This document shows positions 1-13,760 of a stretch of 64,000 nt of DNA, in pieces. The DNA comes from Gnetum montanum. Its lineage: Eukaryota > Plantae > Gnetophyta. The notes below the pieces were generated by a model. That model had not been told where the DNA came from. It worked only from the letters and a program-made list of their open reading frames with translations, and searched no databases. Where the stretch lies: contig MNCI01002585.1 of assembly GCA_015680685.1 (NCBI GenBank), positions 118,351 through 182,350 of the forward strand, in the 5' to 3' direction. Position 1 is the stretch's first letter; each line of letters begins with the position of its first letter. The translations under genes and the position numbers were made by a program.

Positions 1-484
1 ATGTCATTTTGCCTTGTTTAAATATTTGAGGTCTACACAAATCTGCTTTCTTTTCTTTTCTGTCTATTTCCATCGAATCTTGCTCTATTTCTAGTTTTCT
101 TGTGGAACTATCTCTTTCTCTGGGGAAAATTAGGAGTAGATTGCGGAGTTGTGCTCAAATGTTTATGCAAAATTTTATTTGTTACAAGTAGGTATTATAA
201 GGACTGCATAGACTAGGCAGTTGAACAAAATAGGAAATTTTCAACAACTCACAGTACTTGGCAAAGTTGGCTGAATCTCTTTCAAGTAAGTCATTTGTAG
301 TTTACACACAACGCAATCGTTACATTTCTCACAACCGCACACCGCAACAGCACACACACATACTCAGATTAACTACTAAGTTTATTTGGAGGTATCTGGG
401 CCTTGGTGTTGCCAGAGACCAGCAGGCACCTAAATCCTGTTCGAGGACACTCGTTGGCGGTCGCGTCCCAAACCCTCGCCAACA
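1..484 (+). mobile_element. 3' part of an LTR (unrelated, CpG-retaining family) inserted into the Athila-like element
   Basis: Ends ...ccctcgccAACA at 484. CpGs are intact, unlike the flanking DNA. Gag-leader-like sequence resumes immediately after. Confidence 0.45.
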
Positions 485-926
485 CCCTCATAGGAGAAAT
501 GATAAGATATATACTGAAGAGAATTGGAGTGAACAACCCTAAGAAAGGGTTTCCTATGCTCATTTAGACCCTTACTACACTCAAAAATTACATTCAATTG
601 GTGCAGATAATCCTAGAGGAGATGGAGTAAGTCTTAGATCAAGGAGGGCCTTAAGGCCTAGGACCTCCTCTAAACATAGACAAGATAAATCAAGGGACCA
701 TGGGAAGAACTATAGAAGCCATGGTGATTCTTCTAGCTCCTCATCTTTCTCTTCCTCTTCAACATCTAGTTTTGACGAAGATGAATGTAGGTATAGAGAT
801 AGAGCTTCACTACGGGAACAAGACAAAGATAGAAATCAAACCCAAGGGCAAAATGAAATACATCATAATGAGCATAGAAAAGATCATCATAACCAAACAA
901 ATAGAAATAGAAATTTTCATCACAAC

Positions 927-2003
927 ATGTCTAATGATGATGAACCCTTGTTGGCCACTAAAAGCCTGATGGAGATCACGGAGGCAGTTAAGATACCTCA
1001 TATGCATTGCAAGGACAGTTGCTTACCTAGGCTTGATATTAATAATATCCCTAAGTTTGTGGGAGGCTATGATTCTGATCCACAACATCATTTACAAGCC
1101 TTCCATAATGCCTGTGCCTTATACAACATTGAAAGTGGGTGGTAAAAGCTTAAGCTCTTTCCTAGGATACTAATCAATGAAGCTAAAAGTTGGTATAAAT
1201 TGTTGGAACCAAGTGCCATGCACCAGTGGTCCACAATGTTGGAACTTTTCAACAAAAAATATGAAACCTATGTGAGAGTGTCCAACCTAAGAAAAGAAAT
1301 CCAAGAGTGGAAGTAAGAAAATCATGAACCCTTGGAAGTGGCCTTGGAAAGATACTATTCACTAATACATAGATGCCCAAGCCATGGTTTCTTTGAGGAA
1401 AGGAAACTTTTCCACATCATAGATGGGCTTCGTAATGAAATAAGGGAGACTCTTGGGATGTATGCTCTAGGTCAACTATACAAGCTACAAACCTATCAGA
1501 TCAAAGAGTTAATCAAGTGTGTGGCAAAAGAAGAAGGAGAGCTATATAAACGAGAGAATGTAGAGGAAAATAATTGGGACCCAACTCTTCAAAAGAAAAG
1601 TTTCCATATCTATGATGAGGAAAAAGAGCCAGCTCTTGATGAGGTGATTTTACAATAGACCTTGCTAATACAAAATTCTATTGTTAAGATTAAAGAATAT
1701 TTGGATAAGATGTTAGAATCAATGAATGAAAAAGGTAAAACTTGCAAAGAAATCATAGAGGAGAGAGTAGCACAAAATGAATTAATTGATCACAACAAAA
1801 GGAGGAAAAAGAACCAAGAAACAACTAGGAACATTTTTTGGCAAGAAGGGGAAATGGCTGTAGAAGAAGAGGCTATAGACTCAACCATTGAAGAGAATAG
1901 TGGATGTGACATTTGCCTAAATGACCATCCAAAGGGCCATTGCCCAATCTTGTTACATCTACATGAGTATTGGTTAGGGGCATTAAATCTAACATTTGTA
2001 TAG
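927..2003 (+). pseudogene. gag: Degenerate Athila-type gag
   Basis: IPKFVGGYDSDPQHHLQAF...KLKLFP...(W)YNLL; ALERYYSLIHRCPSHGF; CDICLNDHPKGHC (Cx2Cx3Hx4C). Several in-frame stops. Confidence 0.85.
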
Positions 2004-4937
2004 AGGTACATGCCTAGGAGATTTCCTCTTCCCTATCATAATTTTAGACAACCCCAAAACCAACCATACTATCTTGTGGGGACTTATTACTAGCCACAAC
2101 ACTAGCATCAACTGTGGTGGCAACAACCACATTTGTGGGGGAGGCCACCACAAAACCAATCCTATTCTTCCTACTAACTGAACCCATGTAGATATCATGT
2201 TCAACACTTTGTTTCCCCTACTAGTTTTACTCCCTCTACCTCAAATCACTACTACCACTCTCCTAAATATCAACAGCTTGCAACATCTTATATGAGGTTA
2301 GCATATCCAATCTCTCATCCTTTGGCATATCCTAAATATTCTCATACTCACATGTCATCACTAGCAACACAGGAAGGTTCAACACCACAATATCAATAAA
2401 AAGATGCCACTTGTGCTACAAATGTGCATAGACATGTTGATACCAGTGGGCGTCAACTACAATGTAGGTAACGTCCCTTCTGGATGAAAGGTTGTAAGCC
2501 GAAGTAAACCACACATGGACCTAGCACATCATTTGAGCTAGCACAATGCCAATCTGGTGCAATGCCTTCCTTTTCACAACCAACGTCGTCTAACCCTACA
2601 CAAAAGCCAACAACCATCACCACTCCAACAAAAGACATAAACAATGAACCTATCGCTGTGAAAAGACAGAAAAATCCATGCATCATTGCTAATAGTAAAG
2701 GGTGCAATTGTGGGCTAGAAATTTAAAATATTAATGCAACCCACAACAAAGTTAAGGAACAAGTGTGTGAACAAAGACTAGTCTATGTAGTAGCCACTAA
2801 AATAAAAGACACCTAGTGGCTTGAAAATGATATTTTAACATTGTTTCAAAGATGCATGGAGATAATGGATCTACTTATTAGTTCTATAATTAAGAAAATG
2901 AACCAAAAAAAGGACTTAGACATATATATCTTACAAAACTAATAAGTATTTTTTACCTATTTTTTGTTTTACAACTTTTTGTTTTACACATTCTTTATTT
3001 TACATCTTTCTGTTTTCATGTATTTAATCTTTTCTAATTTTTGATTTACACCATTCTTAGTATATTTGATATTTCTTGATAATTTTACACTTTCTTTTAT
3101 ATTTTCTTCTATTTTATTTTTGGTGTGATTTTCTAACTTTTTGTTAATAAGTGTTAGGTACATTGGTAATGTGTTGCTTGATGGTGGTATGTACTTTCTT
3201 GTTATTTGATTGTTGGTGTCTACTTTTTGGCTTTAATTTTATTATGGATAATTAGGACATGGTTTTTTTTCATGAAATAGGTAGTAAGTCGACAACATCC
3301 ACCCATTCACAAACGATATGGTTTTCCTTGTTTTGGAAATATGCAGTCGCTTTTTCATTAATGAAACTTTAACAAACTTGTGACTTTGGTAGTTTTTGGA
3401 ATTGGAAAGGATTCAAAGGTTTGAACAAGATGTGGCTTCAAAGGGATTTAGTATTCTTTGTACCTTTCTATTTGTTTGGGTGCATGTGTGTTTTCATGGA
3501 TTTCTTATTGTTCCGTGTTGACCAATAAAAGGAAATTGAATAAGTTTTTGCATGGTGTGATTTTCATCATAAAAAAAAAAGAAAAAGAAAAAAGAAAATG
3601 ATGGGAATTCAAAGCACACCCCTTAGATAAAATAAATGCATATGTATTTGCATGGTGTGGTTCCCATTTCAAAAAAATAAAAGAAAAGCAAAACAAAGAT
3701 GGGAATTCAAAGCACACCCTTTAGAAACAATAAATGGGCTACAAGCACTGGTTATGGGACTAGAAAAACATGTTACCCAGGCTTGAAGGTCCCCTCTAAC
3801 TAAGGCCCTTCCTCACTTCCTACTTCTCTTTTTTTCTTTAATAAGGAATGGTGGTTGTTTTGTGGGAGCATGCTTGTGTCTTAGGAGATGGATTGGTCTT
3901 AGAATGTTGATGCAAAGTCACTAAATGTGGTTGGTTTTGGTCTAGACTAAGGATGGACCCTATCAAGTTATTTAACCACAAAATCCACAAGGGACTTCAT
4001 GTGACCTTAATCAGAAACTTCATTCTACTCTCTCTCATCCATCTATGCTTTCCATGTCTTACCTCACTGCCAATTTCATGTTTTTATTTGATGTCTTGGT
4101 TTGATGTGCCAAAACTCTTAGGTAGTTTCTTCTAGGTTTTTGTACTTAACCTTCTATAACCATTAATTATCCATGAAGCCCATGGACTCTTTGGTTTGAA
4201 GTTATGAATGGGCATAAAAGGCCTATTCCTACTTTGGGGAGGACCCACTTGCATATCTTTTGGTTGGGTTAGTTAAGTTCTTTACCCTTAGATACTTTTA
4301 CAATCAAATTCTTTTTATTTACCCCATCAATGACATCCAATTGTGCACATATTCATAACATTTTTCAGTGAACTTTCCTTTTTATTGTTGTGAAGTCTTA
4401 CACCCTCCTTAGATCTTTTCCTTATATTGAACTTTTTCATATTTAATTGACCACTTATCTAATTTACCCTATTTGTCAACGTCACCGCTAACACTACTAA
4501 AGAAATCAATCTATCACAATCACAGCCTAGCTAAGGGAAACCACAAATGAAACAAGGCATTTCACCACTATGTGTTACACATTCTATACTAATTCATGAT
4601 TTTTTTATGACTGCAATGGGACTGTCTTCACCAATGATGATGCAGTAGCACCTTGTGACAAGGATTGTTCATGATCATTGGATCTTCTATCTCTCTCTTC
4701 AGCTACCATGAGGTGTTAGATGTTAGTTTTCTTTCTAGGGTGTTTGATTCTCTTATCATGAACACTCAATTTTGTAAAGCTTATAACTCCATACACTTGG
4801 GCACTCAACGTTTGTCTATTCCACTTGAGTTAATTTGTATGTCATTCAATGATCCCATACCTACCTAATATTTTGTAAGAAACTTGTTCCTCATTCTATT
4901 TAACTCAAGGACAAGTTTTTATTTAGTCATGGGGGTA

Positions 4938-5835
4938 TGATGAGTCATGATTTACCTATCTTGACATCAAAGCCTTGACATCTGATGAATCATTGTTTTC
5001 TCTCTGCTCTAATGTTGGGTACACAATGTCAGGGCTACAATGTCATGTATGCAATGTTGGGGCCAGGACACGATGTTAGATTGACGTCAGGGTATATACT
5101 TTGATCTATAAATACAATGCCTAGGCTTTTGTTTCGAGTTAGTTTTTAGTTTCTTTTCTTTAAAGTTTATTATTCCCAGTGCATGCCTGCAGTGTGATGT
5201 TTGTAATCATATGAAACCTTTGTTCGAGTGTGATGTACTTGGAAATGTTACATGACTGTCAATAAAGATCGAGATTACTCTCATGATTGCAACATCCACT
5301 TAGATTATTATTGCTTTTAATTATTAATTATTTACTACTTTTTTAGTTAAATGTTTCCTTTTATTGCTATTTACTATTCCTGTTATTAAGCTGAATGCGT
5401 ATGCCTTAATCACAAGCATTTAAGTGGAAGTACTTAGTAACCCAAAAGTGTATTGTTTGGTACACCTAGTGACATACACTTGGCCATCCCAGAAGTAGTC
5501 TCACAAAGTCCAAGATGTATATCGATGATTAAGAGTAGATACTCATTGTACATAGGCTAGTTAGATTTTACTTTTCATTGTCCATTAATTTAATTACTTT
5601 ACCTTTTTATTGTCATCAGGAGTAGTGTAGAATTAGAAACAACATCATATGCCTCACTTTGGACTAAACCATACATGATAAAGCTATTGTTAGTCCAAGT
5701 GGAAAGATAATTAACTATGATCAAAGCATAGTGATCTAGATGCCACAACTAGTCCCATTCATAGAATTTGACCATATCATGCATGAACGCTTGTGATTCA
5801 TATGGTTAGGGGTAGGGGTACCTCGTCGCTCATCA
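4938..5835 (+). repeat. 3' LTR of the first Athila-like element
   Basis: Terminal inverted repeat TGATGAG/CTCATCA. Preceded by PPT. End gtaggggtacctcg(t)cgctcatca matches the LTR ends at 28287 and 34490. Confidence 0.85.
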
Positions 5836-6711
5836 AAGATCATACTAACTTTTTGATAAATATTCTTCTTTAATTACCCTTGTTGCCACTATAGATATGG
5901 AGATAGTTCACTGTTGGTTTCCATCATGTTACATGTACTAGATACAATAGTAGAACTTTTTGCTGAAGTAGATTTTATATTTTGATTATGATCAAGAAAT
6001 TTGATTAAGATATCTTAAGTGTGTAATTCTATCTATCTTGAATGATCTTCCTTTCAATAAGGTGAAGCTAGTGATGCAAATCTAATCCTATAGTCTTCAC
6101 ATTTGTGCTTACAGTAGAATTTCCTATCATGGGACCTTGAACTTTTCCTTATAATAAATCAATAGATGATTAAAAATATTGCCTAGATGCATGGATAGAG
6201 GTGGGATTATTATAGTAGGAAATATTACTTGATTTGGCTTACCTTGATTGTGGCTAACTAGGTATCCCACCTTCCATGAAACCATAAAGTAAAAGCTATG
6301 TTGTTGTTACTAGAAAGCTTGGTTTATAGGATTATTCGAAGTAGATAGGTACTTTTAAGGTAGCATCAATGAAGATCGATAAGTACCTGCCTAAGTAAAA
6401 TAAAAGTAATACCTTGGTAGAGGTACCATCTATTATTGCATTAGAGTTTAAAGATTCTATGGAGTAGCACCCCAAGGATTTGGAGCTTGCCACTATTAGT
6501 ACTATTGCATGGATTGCATGTATGTGCCACTAGTATAGTATGAATGGCTAGGATACAGGGTTCTCCTCATTTTTCTCTTGATAAATTTGGGATTCAAAGG
6601 TGCCCTAGATCATTCCATATTACCAATAATGTTAACCATGACTGGAAAGAACTGGGATTTATGAGAGTCTATATAGTACTTGTGGGGATCCTCATCATTA
6701 AAGGTTGAGAA

Positions 6712-7804
6712 TGTTGAGCTTTTGGTATTTCAAAACCTTGTAAAATGGAGAATTTGAAAAATGTGCTTGTGAAATCTCGTAGGAATTGGAAAAGAAAAGA
6801 TCAAGACAAAGAGCATGCTAAGACCAAGATGAGAGTTGAGTTTCCAATCTGAAGTAAAGAAGTCTCAACCAAGAGTGCAAGAGTTTGAAGAAGTCACATG
6901 GATGTGTGACATCTAAATGTCAAAAGAAGATGTTCTAGTAGCTGTTGAGACATCCCAAAAGAATAGTAGATGTCCCTATTAAAAAGTTTATATCTCAAGT
7001 AAGAAATCCCAAAAAAATAATAGATGTCCCAGGAAAATTTAAGATGTCCAAACTTAGACATCCCATGTAAGACATCCTAGATAAATTGACACATCTAATT
7101 TGCAAGCAATAGAAAATCAATGAAAAGTCCCAAGCATGAATGAGACGTCCCAACTAGTCATTTTCTAGTTTTTGTATGAACAAAAATGATAATTTGACAA
7201 GAACAAATAATATTAAGGAAATGGAATCTTTATGAAAAGGAAAAGCACTGTTTATACAAAAATTCCATCATTGTTTTTATCAAGTAAAATTTTTTTGTAC
7301 TTCATTCATCTATCTTTATGAATTATATTGTAATTGTCAAGAGCCTTATAGCAAGGAGTTAGTAACTGTAGTTAAATTATCTTCTTGATTTTTATTTTTC
7401 CATTTGTAATTCCTATGGGGTTGATGTTCTTCTTATGGGAAGAAATCTCTTAAGCTTCTTAGAACCTTGTGGGGTTGGGTGTGTTTCTTGAGATTAAAAA
7501 ATCCTATGTAGAGCTCAAGTTATTATAAAGGTTATGCGATTCTTAAAACCACATTTTAATTTTGTTGGGAGCTTTTAGGGTTGGATGTGTTTCTATGTAA
7601 GAAGATCCCTTATAGAGCTCAAACATTTTAAAGGTTGTGGTATCTTTGAAATCACATTTTTAAAGAAACAAATTCTAGAGATGTGCAAGGATTCTACCCT
7701 CTAAGTATGGATGTAACCAAGTTTGGGAACCACATACATCTATGTGCAATTTTAATTTTAATTAGTAAAACTTAGTTTCTCCCCTTTTAAGTTCTTAATT
7801 TTCA
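6712..7804 (+). repeat. 5' LTR of a copia (SIRE-like) element
   Basis: TGTTG...TTTCA. Internal gacatccc/gatgtccc/gacgtccc motif cluster (6900-7150). Followed by decayed iMet PBS tagtatcaaagc at 7807-7818. Confidence 0.65.
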
Positions 7805-7860
7805 AGTAGTATCAAAGCCAAGTACTCTTGACTTTGAGTGTAACAACTCAAGAGTGAACG

Positions 7861-9520
7861 ATGGAAGGAAAATCATATACCAATCTATCAATGTTTGATG
7901 GGATTGACTTCATGTACTAGAAGACTCAAATGTAAGGATTATTTGAATCCATGGAGTTCAAAGTTTGGGAATCCATCCTAGAGAAACACACACCACCCAT
8001 TGATAGTGCTAAAAGTGCTAGAAAGCTAAGAAGCAAGTGGACTAAGGAAGAAAAAGATAAGTCTATGTTTGATTCCAAAGATGAAATTTTTTTTTATTGT
8101 GCTTCAAGTCAATCTGAGTTCAATAGAGTAGTTAGGTGCAAGACTGCAAAAGAGATTTGGGAGACTAAGAAAGCTATGTATGAAGGCACACCTATTGTTA
8201 AGCAATCTAAGCTTCTAGTTTTATAAAATGAATATGATAAATTAAAAATGAGAGAAAGAGAGAATATTAAAGACTATTTTTTCTAAAGTTAGTGACTTAG
8301 TTTTAACTATCAGGGGGATGGAAAAGGATTTACAAATGATGTAATTATCAAAATGATTAGAAAATTTTAGCTTGAATTCAAATCCAAAGCAAAAACCATG
8401 GAAGAGACCAGGGATTTTTCAATCTTGAAGCATGAAGAGCTTTAAAGTGTACTCATAGATTACGAGATGAATTTCATAAGTCAAGGTGTAATCAAAGAAA
8501 AATCCATTGCTTTCAAAAGCTCATTGAAGGAGGAGTCATTTGAGCATGAAGCAAATAGTGAAGATGAATCGGCTCTCTTGTTAGGAAGAGTTCAAAGTCT
8601 ACTAGCTCAAAAAGAAAAAAGTTTCAATCAAACTAGAATCAAAGGTAAAGAAAGAGGTAAAAATTTCAAAAATTCAAATCTTAATCCATCTTCTATAGAA
8701 TGCTCAGTTTTTTATTGTGGAGACCATGTGACCTTCGAATGTCCAAGTGTTGGTAGGTTACAAAAGAAGAATTCATTTAAAGTTGAAAAGAAAGGTAAAA
8801 ATTTGTACTCAAGTTCAGATGAGAAATATAGTAAAGAAGAAATAGGCAACACCTATACAAAGTCACATCTTATTTGTATGGCCCTGTCACACAAAGATCC
8901 TATAGTGAAAACTAAAGAATCCAAATGCACTCTTGAGGAGAGATACGATTTATTATGCAATGAAATTATTTCCATTTAGAGTTTATGTTCTAAGATGAAG
9001 AAGGCCTTGATTGATAAAGAATTAGAATTGTCTTAACTTAATAAAAAATTCTAAGATCTCACACAAGAAAACTCAGACCTAAGGGCTAAGAATCAAAGAC
9101 TAACATCTTCTCATAAGTAGATTGTCAAAGAGCTTGTAGATACAAAGCTTATTAATGAAACACTTGCATAAGTGAAAGAGAATCTACAAATTGTGTTAGA
9201 ACAAGGAAGAGATCCAAATGATAAGGGTGAATTAGGAATTCACTCAAAAAATGAGGCATCCTTAGGTACTTCACCTAAATGGGAGTATATACCAAGGTTT
9301 GATCATCTTGTCCAAGTAAGAAAAATTAACTATTAGTACTGAAAAATGTATGGGCATAAAAAATTAAGTTGTTAATTAAAAATGAAACATTATAACATGA
9401 CCTCTTGGTATTATCAAAAGATTCCTAGCAAGAATGTCATGAAGGTTAAAAGGATTTGGAGAGTTAAAATAAAAAAGGAAGAAGAAAGAACAAGTACTCA
9501 TGCTTTCCATCAAATCACAT
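7861..9520 (+). pseudogene. gag: Degenerate copia (SIRE-like) gag
   Basis: MEGKSYTNLSMFDGIDFMY(W)KTQM; EFNRVVRCKTAKEIWE..YEGTPIVKQSKL; KEKSIAFK; decayed zinc knuckle GDHVTFECP. No pol follows. Confidence 0.8.
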
Positions 9521-9979
9521 GAAACTTCACAAGGAAGGATAGGACATCTGGTAAGTAGGAAACATTTAATGATTACAAAAAAGAGATTCTAAAGAGGTAA
9601 CCTCATCATAAATCCACTTGAGTAGAACGTCGTCTTAAGGGCAAGCAAGGCAAGTATGGATAAGTATTAGAAAGTATTTTTTTCCTTGACTTGCATTATA
9701 TTGTTCATGTATTAGTGTTTTTGTTATTATTATCCTTGGTAGAATCTCTTAAAAAATCCTCATACCTCTCATCTTATTCATTCATTCTCAATAGCTTGAA
9801 AAAAATCCACTTATAGTTGGGACATTCCACTATTTTAAAAGATGTTTCATATGAGATGTCCCATCAAAATTTCAGAAGTATCACCTATGTACAGACTCAA
9901 CTTGGGTGAGATGTTCCACTTTTTCTTGGGATGTCATAACCATGGTGGAAATCCCATCAAGGACACAATCTATTTAAAT

Positions 9980-11540
9980 CAAATGGCTATTTTTTCTTTT
10001 ATTTTTCTTTTTCATTTCACTCCAAGCCTCATATGTCTAATAGTAGTTGACTAGGGCCTCATCCTTACTACATTCTTAATATATTTAGCCCAAATCCATG
10101 ATGCATAATAAGATTTAAATTTCAAGGCAACCTCCTTACAAATCCAAAGATACTAAAGGTGCATCTTCAAGTTGGTCCAACTCATATCAACCTCGATTTC
10201 ATTCAATAGATTCCTAGTACCCATTTGAGATAACTTGTTCTATATCTATTATCAGTGAAAGGAGTCTTAGTTTTTAGTAGTGCCAATAGCAATGGATTAT
10301 TTTAAAGTAATTTGATGGGCTTCCATTATTTCTACATCTTATTACATATTGAAAGTTTTGATTACAGAATTGAATATTAATACAGTAATCAAAAAATGTT
10401 GTTGGAGGCATTGCACTTGAAGTTCCTTCTTAAGTTGTGAATGCTTTACTTGGGGTTTTAGGTTATGATGTGCATGAGATTGTTATGTATTCCATGAATG
10501 AAATGTTTACTAATGTGGTTCTTCTAGTGTCTCATGATGAATTCTATGATGCTATATTTGGTAGCTCTATTTCCTTGAGAAGTGGAAATGTTTATAGATG
10601 GTAGATGTCCCAGGATGCTTCCACCCGCTTCCTCATTATTATGTATAATATCATTCTAGAAGGGTAAATTTACATTTATTTGTTTTCATATATAGCTTTT
10701 TTTCTATATTTTATACTAACTATGTAGCTATTAGATTTTGGACACATCATTTGTAGAGATATGTTGGGGTTGTTTACCTATGAGAGTATTTATGAACACC
10801 CTCTCTCATTAGTCTACTTGTTCATCAGGCATGTGTCCCTATTCTAGATATTTCTCTTCTTAAAGAAAAGAGAATTCTTGTTGAGTCCTCTAAGAAAAGA
10901 AGTGCAACTCATGTTGATATTAAAATTCTAGCCACCTTAGAAAGCATGATGAAAGAAAGTAACATTTCCACCTAGAGTCTCTCCTCAACTAAGGAGGTTT
11001 AAGTTCATGAGTGCATAGGTCTTGCTTGAACAAGGCCTTGAAGGTCATTGGAAACACCTTAGGGAATATTGGATGGAACCTCTCTTACCATTGTAATAGA
11101 ATGGACACATTAGGCCTTCCCCCTCCTCTAGATGGTTAACAATTTAAGGAGATCACTACTCCTCATTGGACATATAGTGATGAGCATATACCCACCCTAG
11201 CTAGACATTCTATATCAGTAGTGCCATAATGAGGATATGATTTAGGAAATGCATATGACTCAGAGGATCTAGAAGCAATACTAGTTCATGCCCAGGGGAA
11301 GCCCTTTCCTCACACTAAGTAGCATCGATCGAGTGAATTTATGGATGGGGAATCTTCTAAAAGACTCTCCAAAAGTTTCAGAAGTGAGACTACACCATAG
11401 TCATTTGAGTAGCAAGTGATGAAGATTATTCTTGGTGTAGCTACTCAATGGGAGTAAGTAGCTCCCAAGACATACCAAAATAAGGATACTTCATTGAAAC
11501 ACCTCAAATAAAATTCATGTTATGCATAAGAAGCCAGATA
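9980..11540 (+). pseudogene. Degenerate extra (ENV-like / plant transposon protein) ORF of the SIRE-like element
   Basis: Coding-like remnant including VGGIALEVPS*VVNALLG (~10400-10455). Position after gag fits the SIRE extra ORF. Confidence 0.4.
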
Positions 11541-11554
11541 GTCAATATTTTCAT

Positions 11555-12614
11555 TGTAATTTAATAGGATCTAAAGGTAGAAATAACTTCCTTATTTCTT
11601 ATTAAAAATCCTACCATGTGGCCTTCTTTTGGAAATTTTTGGATCATTTTTGGTGTAAAAAAATGAGATTTAAAACCCACACACTATGAATTTCACTTAT
11701 GTTAGCATATGAGAGTAAAAATGATTAATAATCATGGGGTTTTGCTTCATATGCTATATCATCCTATCCCACATGCTATGCTATCGTGTTAAGCTAAAAT
11801 TGCCCACACATTGGAATTTGGACCATGAAAATAATCCAAATATGTTGCAAATTTATTAGTAAAAATATCACACATTTATGGCCCATACGCTATAGTTTTG
11901 GATTGTGAAAAGTGTCATATACATTAGTGTTTCAAGTGCAAAAAGTGAAAAATGTTGTTAGTTCATACGTTATAGTATTGGATCATGAAAATGGTCCAAA
12001 TATGCTCTATAAATGTCAAACAATTTCCTAAATCAAATCAACAAAGAATGAATAGATTGATGGCCTACTTAAGTAAGAATCAATAGAGTTTTCAAGACTT
12101 TTGGATCATTTTGCATTTGATCAAACTTGAGACTTTCAGAGTAGTGTAAGACCTAAGAGTTCATATTCTTCTCCCTAGCATGGATCACTGGAATAATAGA
12201 CTTTGGATTAGCAACAATTGTATTGTGGATCTATCAGAAGAGAAGTGCAATGAAAAGTGCAAAAGACACCCTACACCCTACACCAATTATTAAAAGATTA
12301 TCTATTCTTAGACTTTTGAAAGCCCCAATCTATATCATTTGAAACTTGTTCTTAAACTATTATTTGCATCAATTAATACAAAGTTTGCATTTTTCTTTAT
12401 TTTTCCATATTCTTTTGCTTTCTCTATTTTCCAATATTATTGTTAGATTTTTACATACATTTCACTCATTTTTATTCTCATCATTGGGTTGAAAACCCTC
12501 TAAGTTCTTAAGTGATCGACAAGACTGTTTGAGGTACTCTAGATTCTTTTGAGGCCTATGAATCCTCACGTTAATTTGTTTTGCATGAAAAGTTTTTATT
12601 CTTCTAGTGCTACA
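11555..12614 (+). repeat. LTR of the Tat-like family, + orientation (probable 5' LTR of element B)
   Basis: TGTAAT...GCTACA followed by a T-run. Its 3' part (aagttcttaagtgatcgacaagac...gaggcctatgaatcc) aligns with the reverse complement of LTR 12622-13760. Left boundary approximate. Confidence 0.6.
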
Positions 12615-12621
12615 TTTTTTT

Positions 12622-13760
12622 TATTACACATAAAAATTTTGATGTTGGAAAAATGAAAATCCCAAGCATGAAACAGTTTTAATCTTGGATCCCAAGTGCC
12701 TCTGAGAAAGAGGATCCAAGGTACCCTATATGGTCTTATCATTCATCCAAGGACTTGAAAAGTATAAATGAGAGGTAAAAAATGGTGAAAATAATGTAGA
12801 TTTGATCTAGAAATGAATACACAAAATAAAACTATGATAACTTGCACAACAAAAGAACTATAAATTGTATTACAATAATAAGATATTATAGATGAAGAGA
12901 GTTTGAAATGTGTACAAATGATGCTTGAATGCACAAGGGGTTTACTTTGATGAAATTTGAAGCTTGTAGAAACTAGTAGTTTGCATGTTATAGTCAACTC
13001 CAAGGTCTAGGTCCTTTCTAACACCCAAAACTAAAACTCCTTGCTAGTTTCTTATCTAGATTTGCAGCATTGATCACAAGGGAAGGGGAGGGGTAAGATG
13101 TGTGAATAACTTTTGTGGAAAAGGGGGTACTATGCTAAGAGTCTTTGTGCCAAAGTAGTTGTACATTACTCCAAAAATCTCACATAATCCTTAAGGATCA
13201 CAAGTGCTTGGTTCTTACACTCAAGAATTGCCAAAATCATTTTGATGTCAAAAAATTCAAAAGCAAAATAACCATTGCAAGGTATCTAAGATGGGATTTT
13301 ATAGGCTGTATGGCTATTGATTTTTGATTGCCAATTTTTTTCATGATTACTAACAAATTGGCATCATGTGTAGGTGTGACAAGTGTTCAATCCCAACATA
13401 GTTTCCATTTGTGGTAAGTTTTGATACCCCTAAGATACCTAAACCATGCTAATAACCATAAATAATAAATAAAATTTTCAACTATGTTGGCTTCTTTCAC
13501 CAATACTAGTCCTTTGGAAATAATGCTAGAGTTGTTGAAATTTGCTGAGAATAGAAATCCCAACCACTCCAATGCTAGCTTGGTGTAGCAATGCTAAAGG
13601 TTATTGGCAACTATGTTGTCCATTATTAAAAAGATGGAAACCAAACCCCCTAATGATGGGTATGGGTGTTTCCATGGTAATAATGATCATAACTCTCATA
13701 AAACCCATGAAAATGCTAATTTTGGTAGTTTAAACGGAATTTTTTACCTTTGCAAGTCCA
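12622..13760 (-). repeat. 3' LTR of element A (may extend to ~13820)
   Basis: Aligns over ~1.1 kb with 38378-39530 and with 49059-50480. Confidence 0.8.

Larger units (their letters stand above)
485..5835 (+). mobile_element. Non-autonomous Athila-like Ty3/gypsy element (gag, no pol), 5'-truncated in window
   Basis: Collinear homology with element 27296-34490 (gag 927-2000 vs 29280-30340; 3' region 3250-4930 vs 32000-33659). PPT tagtcatgggggta followed by LTR TGATGAG...CTCATCA. Confidence 0.85.

Noticed and set aside
5836-6690. Possible minus-strand gag remnant
   Set aside because: Too degenerate to assign by eye.
12599-12614. cttctagtgcta as a decayed minus-strand PBS next to A's left LTR
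   Set aside because: Adjacent sequence does not match the leader at 38160-38350 and is better explained as the end of a + strand LTR.
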